A stretch of DNA of 32,000 nucleotides from Candidatus Pelagibacter sp. HTCC7211 (GTDB taxonomy: Bacteria; Pseudomonadota; Alphaproteobacteria; Pelagibacterales; Pelagibacteraceae), in NCBI RefSeq assembly GCF_000155895.1, contig NZ_DS995298.1, positions 780,001 through 812,000 of the forward strand, written 5' to 3'. Shown one piece after another: positions 28,570 through 32,000 of the stretch. The translations under genes and the position numbers were made by a program. Under the pieces are notes generated by a model, which was not told the origin of the DNA, did not search any database, and saw only the letters and a list, made by a program, of their open reading frames with translations. The number at the start of each line of letters is the position of its first letter. Position 1 is the stretch's first letter.

Positions 28570-28603
28570 AAAATCTCAAATCAAGATTTAAAAAAAATTA
28601 AAA
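28570..28603. repeat. Copy B of the 33-34-nt direct repeat shared with 23838-23871
   Basis: See copy A. Read on the plus strand it would encode KISNQDLKKIK, identical to residues of the TauD-family protein. It overlaps the stop of the minus-strand lipoprotein gene. Confidence 0.8.
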
Positions 28604-29059
28604 TTGCCAAATATTATTAACTTTACAAACATGTTTAGTTGAATGTTTTTTAGCGCCATTTAATTTAACATAAGATTGAAATATTCTACAATATCTATCA
28701 TTTTTATAATAAGTTTTTACAACCCTTACTTTTCCTGAGGATAATCTTTCACCGTTATGCCATGATACTATTTTACCATTTGGAGTATTATTCAATGCTA
28801 ATTGGATAGAATTTGTATGCATGTCTACTTCTTTATTATTCAAATTAAACTTGAGATAATTATTTAGATCAATTGCTAAAAACAATACTGCAGCACTTGG
28901 GGAGCCTATTGAAAGAGCACTCATAGCAGAACCAGCACTTTCATAATCTAATATTTTTTTATCTGTTTTAGTATGATTTGTATTAGAACAACCTGAGAGT
29001 ATAAGAAAACTAATTATTAGAATTACAATTTGTCTTAAAGGATTTATTTTTATTATCAT
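28598..29059 (-). CDS. Lipoprotein with C-terminal 17-kDa-surface-antigen-like domain (COG4520 type)
   Basis: Lipobox LSGC. The C-terminal VSW......SGKV........YCR.FQ......G......CK....W.F pattern is seen in alphaproteobacterial 17-kDa surface antigens. It is a paralogue of 29608-30126. Confidence 0.55.
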   Translation of the reverse strand: MIIKINPLRQIVILIISFLILSGCSNTNHTKTDKKILDYESAGSAMSALSIGSPSAAVLFLAIDLNNYLKFNLNNKEVDMHTNSIQLALNNTPNGKIVSWHNGERLSSGKVRVVKTYYKNDRYCRIFQSYVKLNGAKKHSTKHVCKVNNIWQF

Positions 29060-29083
29060 TTTATTTAGAAATTGAAAAATTAA

Positions 29084-29593
29084 TTAATTACACCATCCAT
29101 CTTTTTTAATTAAGATTGGATAATAATCTTTTGGAGTTTTTACCCAAAGTGCAATTTGTTTTTTTGATGATCCTGAAAAACATTCAGTTTCATCAAATCT
29201 CATTCTTCCGTCTCGATCTGCAGAACCATTTCTTGCAGTATAGACTACTGGATCTGTTTCTCCATATGGATTTTTCCAATCAATATCTAAAAAATGTTTT
29301 ATGAAAATATCGTTTAGTTGATTAATGCCTGAAGCATTATTTGTAATACTGCAATTAATTGAACGTTTGTCAGAAATCTTTAAAGTTCCACCTCCATTAA
29401 CATCACACATCCCTAAAGTGTTTTGAATAAATTTAACAGCTGTTCTATGTTGAGCAAGTGTAGCATTTCTTTTAGCAGCACTTGTATACCCACTATATGC
29501 AACTACACCTACTGCAGCGAGAATACCAATTATTGCAACTACAACTAAAAGTTCAATTAACGTAAATCCTTTTTTTTTATAATTAATATTCAT
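29084..29593 (-). CDS. Type IV pilin / pseudopilin-like protein (prepilin-type N-terminal methylation domain)
   Basis: Leader MNINYKKKG followed by FTLIELLVVVAIIGILAAVGV (G|F cleavage site, Glu5). Two Cys pairs include a C-terminal pair, giving a D-region-like loop. Confidence 0.8.
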   Translation of the reverse strand: MNINYKKKGFTLIELLVVVAIIGILAAVGVVAYSGYTSAAKRNATLAQHRTAVKFIQNTLGMCDVNGGGTLKISDKRSINCSITNNASGINQLNDIFIKHFLDIDWKNPYGETDPVVYTARNGSADRDGRMRFDETECFSGSSKKQIALWVKTPKDYYPILIKKDGWCN

Positions 29594-29607
29594 AAATTTA
29601 TAATATT

Positions 29608-30126
29608 TTAATTTATATACTTTTCAGCACCTGGCCAATCCCAATAATTAAATGACCAATATCCCCAATTAAATTTACAAGCAGTAAAAGTTTTGGATCT
29701 TGCTTTTTTTTCTATGTATAAAAGGACTTGAAAATCACGACATGTACTTGAATTTAAAGCATAAGTAAAAAAAGGACGAATTTTTCCACCAGCATCTCTT
29801 GATTTACTATACCAACTTACCACTTCAAAATTTTTAACATGATTTAATGCCATATAAACAGCAGCCCTATGTTGTTTTTCTTCCTTTGAATTAAAAAATG
29901 GAGGTGACCAAAATCTAAAATCCATAAAATGCCTTGCATTCCAAGAAGAACCATTACCAGAAGTTATATATTGTGCATCTGGGATTAAAAAATCTGGATC
30001 TGGAAGTTTTCTTTCTTTTTTGACTTTGCTCATGTCTACTTTTTCAGGATGAACACCTACACAATTGTTTAAAAAAAGTAGACTACTCAATACCAGTATA
30101 ATTTGGAATAATTTCATATCCTCCAT
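29608..30126 (-). CDS. Lipoprotein with 17-kDa-surface-antigen-like domain (paralogue of 28598-29059)
   Basis: Lipobox LNNC (the start may be MKL at 30117). The C-terminal VVSW......GGKI.......STCRDFQ............CK....W.F pattern matches its paralogue. Confidence 0.5.
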   Translation of the reverse strand: MEDMKLFQIILVLSSLLFLNNCVGVHPEKVDMSKVKKERKLPDPDFLIPDAQYITSGNGSSWNARHFMDFRFWSPPFFNSKEEKQHRAAVYMALNHVKNFEVVSWYSKSRDAGGKIRPFFTYALNSSTCRDFQVLLYIEKKARSKTFTACKFNWGYWSFNYWDWPGAEKYIN

Positions 30127-30427
30127 CTAGTTTTTCACAAGCGAGCGATCTATATTCAACTGGTATATAACCCTCCAGACCAGTCCATGTATAATATTTA
30201 CATTCTTTAGCTATGCCTGCATCCTGTAAGAAATGTTTAACACCATCATCGCATTCAACAATTTCTTGATTTTTTTCACTTATAACTTTTCCATTTTCAT
30301 CAACGGTTCTAATAAGTGAAGTTTTAATATTGCAGTATTGATTTTCTTGATTAGCTGAATGAGCTACATCAAAATAAGCTAACCAAACAAAATATCCTAG
30401 CACAATAATTATAATATTTTTAATCAA
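30083..30427 (-). CDS. Small secreted Cys-containing protein, unknown function
   Basis: N-terminal hydrophobic signal/anchor ending AHSA, and four Cys residues. The 3' end overlaps the next gene by 35-44 nt. Confidence 0.4.
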   Translation of the reverse strand: MIKNIIIIVLGYFVWLAYFDVAHSANQENQYCNIKTSLIRTVDENGKVISEKNQEIVECDDGVKHFLQDAGIAKECKYYTWTGLEGYIPVEYRSLACEKLDGGYEIIPNYTGIE

Positions 30428-30992
30428 TATTTTTTAATACCTCCTTAACTTTTAATTTTAATTTATTAGGTTTTTTATTAGCCAGAACTAATTTTCTTTC
30501 GGCTTTGATATCACTTAATACAACATCAATATCTTCTTTTGAAACTTTAACCTTAACGTAAGCTCGATAAGATTTGTGATGAGTAAAAAATATTTCAACT
30601 TGTTCAACAACATAATCTTTAACTAAAGTATCACTGATTTTATTAACAACTGTATCCTCAGCTTGACCTGTAATATTATTATCTTCATCAATTCCAACCT
30701 CTTCTTTAGTAATACTAGTCTGATTATTCATTTTACCATTAATACGGTCAGCTAGTTTTGCTTTGGCTAAAAGAGTTGATTTTTTTATGGCTAATTCAAG
30801 GTCTGGAGAAACACTCGATGCTGTTTCATACATCCAATTCTTATCTTCACGTTTAAATTTTATATACCATTTAGGTGTTTTTGTTAGCTCACCTTTTTTT
30901 GTCATGTCCCTTTTAACTGTATAGGTTGAACATTGAGCTAAAAATAAAGTTAATGATGAAACAATTAAAATTTTAAAAATATTTCTTATCAT
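30420..30992 (-). CDS. LPP20/FlgP-like outer-membrane lipoprotein
   Basis: Lipobox LAQC. The ...ASSVSPDLELAIKKSTLLAKAKLADRI... segment and the C-terminal ..YRAYVKVKV resemble the LPP20 lipoprotein family pattern. Confidence 0.4.
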   Translation of the reverse strand: MIRNIFKILIVSSLTLFLAQCSTYTVKRDMTKKGELTKTPKWYIKFKREDKNWMYETASSVSPDLELAIKKSTLLAKAKLADRINGKMNNQTSITKEEVGIDEDNNITGQAEDTVVNKISDTLVKDYVVEQVEIFFTHHKSYRAYVKVKVSKEDIDVVLSDIKAERKLVLANKKPNKLKLKVKEVLKNID

Positions 30993-31279
30993 TATTTTTC
31001 ATCCAATCTTGGAAAATCAGAAAAAAAACCAGAAAGTTTATTTTTTACTATTTTTACATTTTTATTGTTTTGGTTTTTTACCTCTTTCCAACTTCTTATT
31101 TGAAAATCTTTAGTCTCTTCAACTTCTTGATTTATGCATTCCCAAAAGAGGTTGAATTTTTCACTAAGTTTATTAATATTATTTTCATCAGCATATATTG
31201 GTTGGATTAACATCAAAATTGCTGACAAAGTAATTATTATTTTTTTTACCATTTTATCCTTTTTTATTGAGTTTTTCAT
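30992..31279 (-). CDS. Small secreted protein, unknown function; first gene of the minus-strand surface-protein operon
   Basis: Signal-peptide-like ITLSAILMLIQPIYA followed by a charged mature part. Its stop overlaps the next start by 1 nt. Confidence 0.4.
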   Translation of the reverse strand: MKNSIKKDKMVKKIIITLSAILMLIQPIYADENNINKLSEKFNLFWECINQEVEETKDFQIRSWKEVKNQNNKNVKIVKNKLSGFFSDFPRLDEK

Positions 31280-31298
31280 ATTTAGATATTTGCATGAA

Positions 31299-31334
31299 TT
31301 TCTATTTCGTCAACTAGAGGAGCAGTGAAATGTT
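31299..31334. repeat. Left arm of an imperfect inverted repeat (boxes TTTCTATTTCGTCAACT and AGTGAAATGTT)
   Basis: The reverse complement of 31872-31888 matches 31299-31315 at 16/17 positions. The reverse complement of 31853-31863 equals 31324-31334 at 11/11. Confidence 0.8.
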
Positions 31335-31361
31335 TACAATCTAATTTCACTTAGGTATGAT
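31333..31361 (+). promoter_or_regulatory. Candidate sigma70 promoter for the 31368 gene, predicting a leaderless or near-leaderless mRNA
   Basis: TTTACA (31333-31338), a 17-nt spacer, then TATGAT (31356-31361). Only 6 nt separate it from the ATG at 31368, and there is no SD sequence. Confidence 0.45.
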
Positions 31362-31367
31362 AAAACT

Positions 31368-31850
31368 ATGTCAGGCTATTCTAGAAAATTAGTTTCATTA
31401 GAAATTACACTCAAAGAAATTATAAAAGATTTAAAAGCAGATGCTTTAAAAGAAATTACTGGTAAATCTGAATCTCATTTTAGAAAATGTAGTGATGAGA
31501 ATGATACTCAAGATATCCATCATATAGATTCAATTAAAATTGATATTGAGTGTTTAAAAAGAGGTTTGGGTAATCCAATGTTAAGTGCTCACGAAGATAT
31601 GTTGGAATCAACCAGTCCAGAGTATAAAAATTTAGATAATGTATCAAATACCTTAATTAACATTGGAGCAAAAATAGGTAAATTGATGGAAACTACTCAA
31701 AAAGCTACTAGCCCTAAAGGAGAAGGGGGCAGTAAAATTTCTGAAAGTGAAAAAAAACATATTAGTAAAGCTCTTAATGATGTTGAAGATAAAATATTAG
31801 AATTAAAACTTATTATTGAAAGATCCAATAAACTTAGTGAAATTAAATAG
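31368..31850 (+). CDS. Putative HTH regulatory protein, architecture reminiscent of phage CII/CP76-type regulators
   Basis: 160 aa. There is an HTH-like stretch (ADALKEITGKSESHFRKC) and a C-terminal coiled-coil-like helix. The gene is bracketed by inverted-repeat boxes. Similarity to phage regulators is judged from memory only. Confidence 0.35.
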   Translation: MSGYSRKLVSLEITLKEIIKDLKADALKEITGKSESHFRKCSDENDTQDIHHIDSIKIDIECLKRGLGNPMLSAHEDMLESTSPEYKNLDNVSNTLINIGAKIGKLMETTQKATSPKGEGGSKISESEKKHISKALNDVEDKILELKLIIERSNKLSEIK

Positions 31851-31852
31851 AT

Positions 31853-31888
31853 AACATTTCACTTCAATCTCAGTTGACGTAATAGAAA
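31853..31888. repeat. Right arm of the inverted repeat (AACATTTCACT ... AGTTGACGTAATAGAAA)
   Basis: See the left arm. It starts 3 nt after the stop codon of the 31368-31850 gene. It is embedded in an 8-bp stem (CAATCTCA 31865-31872 / TGAGATTG 31893-31900). Confidence 0.8.
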
Positions 31889-31961
31889 AGTGTGAGATTG
31901 TAAATTTATCAATAAAACAATCTAAAAAAAGGAAAATATATTGAATAATTGTGAAATAAAG

Positions 31962-32000
31962 ATGAAGACTGATTACAGAGATATTGTTAAGCTAAATTCG
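31962..32000 (+). CDS. 5' end of an unidentified CDS running off the window
   Basis: The frame is open from ATG 31962 to the window end (MKTDYRDIVKLNS). An alternative start is TTG 31941, preceded by AGGA. It is too short to classify. Confidence 0.25.
   Translation, partial: MKTDYRDIVKLNS

Noticed and set aside
28498-28600. Group I intron in the anticodon loop of tRNA-Leu(UAA), as in cyanobacteria and plastids
   Set aside because: The break is at a suggestive place, after CTT/AAAA in the anticodon loop. However, no 3' exon (TCTTT stem strand, variable arm, T-arm, full acceptor strand) occurs downstream on the plus strand. Only about 100 nt of non-coding DNA is available before minus-strand CDSs begin, which is too short for a group I intron.
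28565-28600. Hairpin AAATCT-caaatca-AGATTT as a terminator for the tRNA fragment or for the minus-strand lipoprotein gene
   Set aside because: The 6-bp stem is almost all A/T. It is followed by an A tract on the plus strand and by no T tract after the stem on the minus strand, so it is not a convincing intrinsic terminator. The sequence is better explained as part of the 34-nt repeat.
1110-31328. Other short antisense or overlapping ORFs in the track: 1110-1346, 2053-2310, 2249-2476, 4003-4191, 4386-4628, 10103-10336, 12968-13153, 15559-15978, 18445-18678, 23440-23622, 25940-26206, 27813-28169, 29116-29304 and 31134-31328
   Set aside because: Each lies entirely within, or mostly antisense to, a well-supported longer CDS. 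Their Leu/Ser/Phe/Ile-rich low-complexity translations are typical of the reverse frames of AT-rich genes, and none has a recognisable motif.
31368-31850. Serine invertase (Hin/Gin-like) inside an invertible segment, prompted by the N-terminal MSGYSRKLVS and the flanking inverted repeats
   Set aside because: The protein lacks the catalytic RVST..Q motif, the LDRLGR block and the C-terminal recombinase HTH, so the resemblance is superficial. Inversion by a recombinase encoded elsewhere remains possible and is listed as an alternative in the findings.

Overview
The window is strongly AT-rich and extremely gene-dense. Many start and stop codons overlap, intergenic spacers are tiny and Shine-Dalgarno sequences are rare. 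Gene content and order fit a streamlined marine alphaproteobacterium of the SAR11/Pelagibacterales type; this is inferred from composition and protein families, not from a database search. Most of the window is housekeeping: class II DAHP synthase, nadE, cysS, a citramalate synthase-like gene, trmJ-like, rpsD, one long minus-strand unit sfsA-map-purB-purC-purS-purQ-purL-bolA-grxD, and cinA-like. Three patches look accessory. (1) 6.9-11.7 kb holds a prokaryotic pentameric ligand-gated ion channel (clear YPFD Pro-loop and four TM helices) co-transcribed with a MarR-like regulator. It lies divergent from a type Va autotransporter whose passenger carries an ALK/LTK-type glycine-rich domain and two tandem Ig-like repeats. 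(2) 22.7-28.4 kb holds a tartrate dehydrogenase-like gene, a TauD-family dioxygenase and a three-gene glucosylglycerate-type compatible-solute cluster (HAD phosphatase, glycosyl-3-phosphoglycerate synthase, GH13_18 phosphorylase). (3) 28.4-32.0 kb starts at a tRNA-Leu(UAA) gene truncated just after its anticodon loop, followed by four 10-bp phased direct repeats. Next comes a six-gene operon of secreted proteins and lipoproteins with an orphan type IV pilin. Last is a small HTH-like gene bracketed by about 39-bp inverted repeats that look like mirrored outward-facing promoter/operator modules. I read patch 3 as the edge of an integrated element or hypervariable island, and it is the best candidate for something undescribed. 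No CRISPR array, rRNA, transposase or recognisable defence enzyme was seen.
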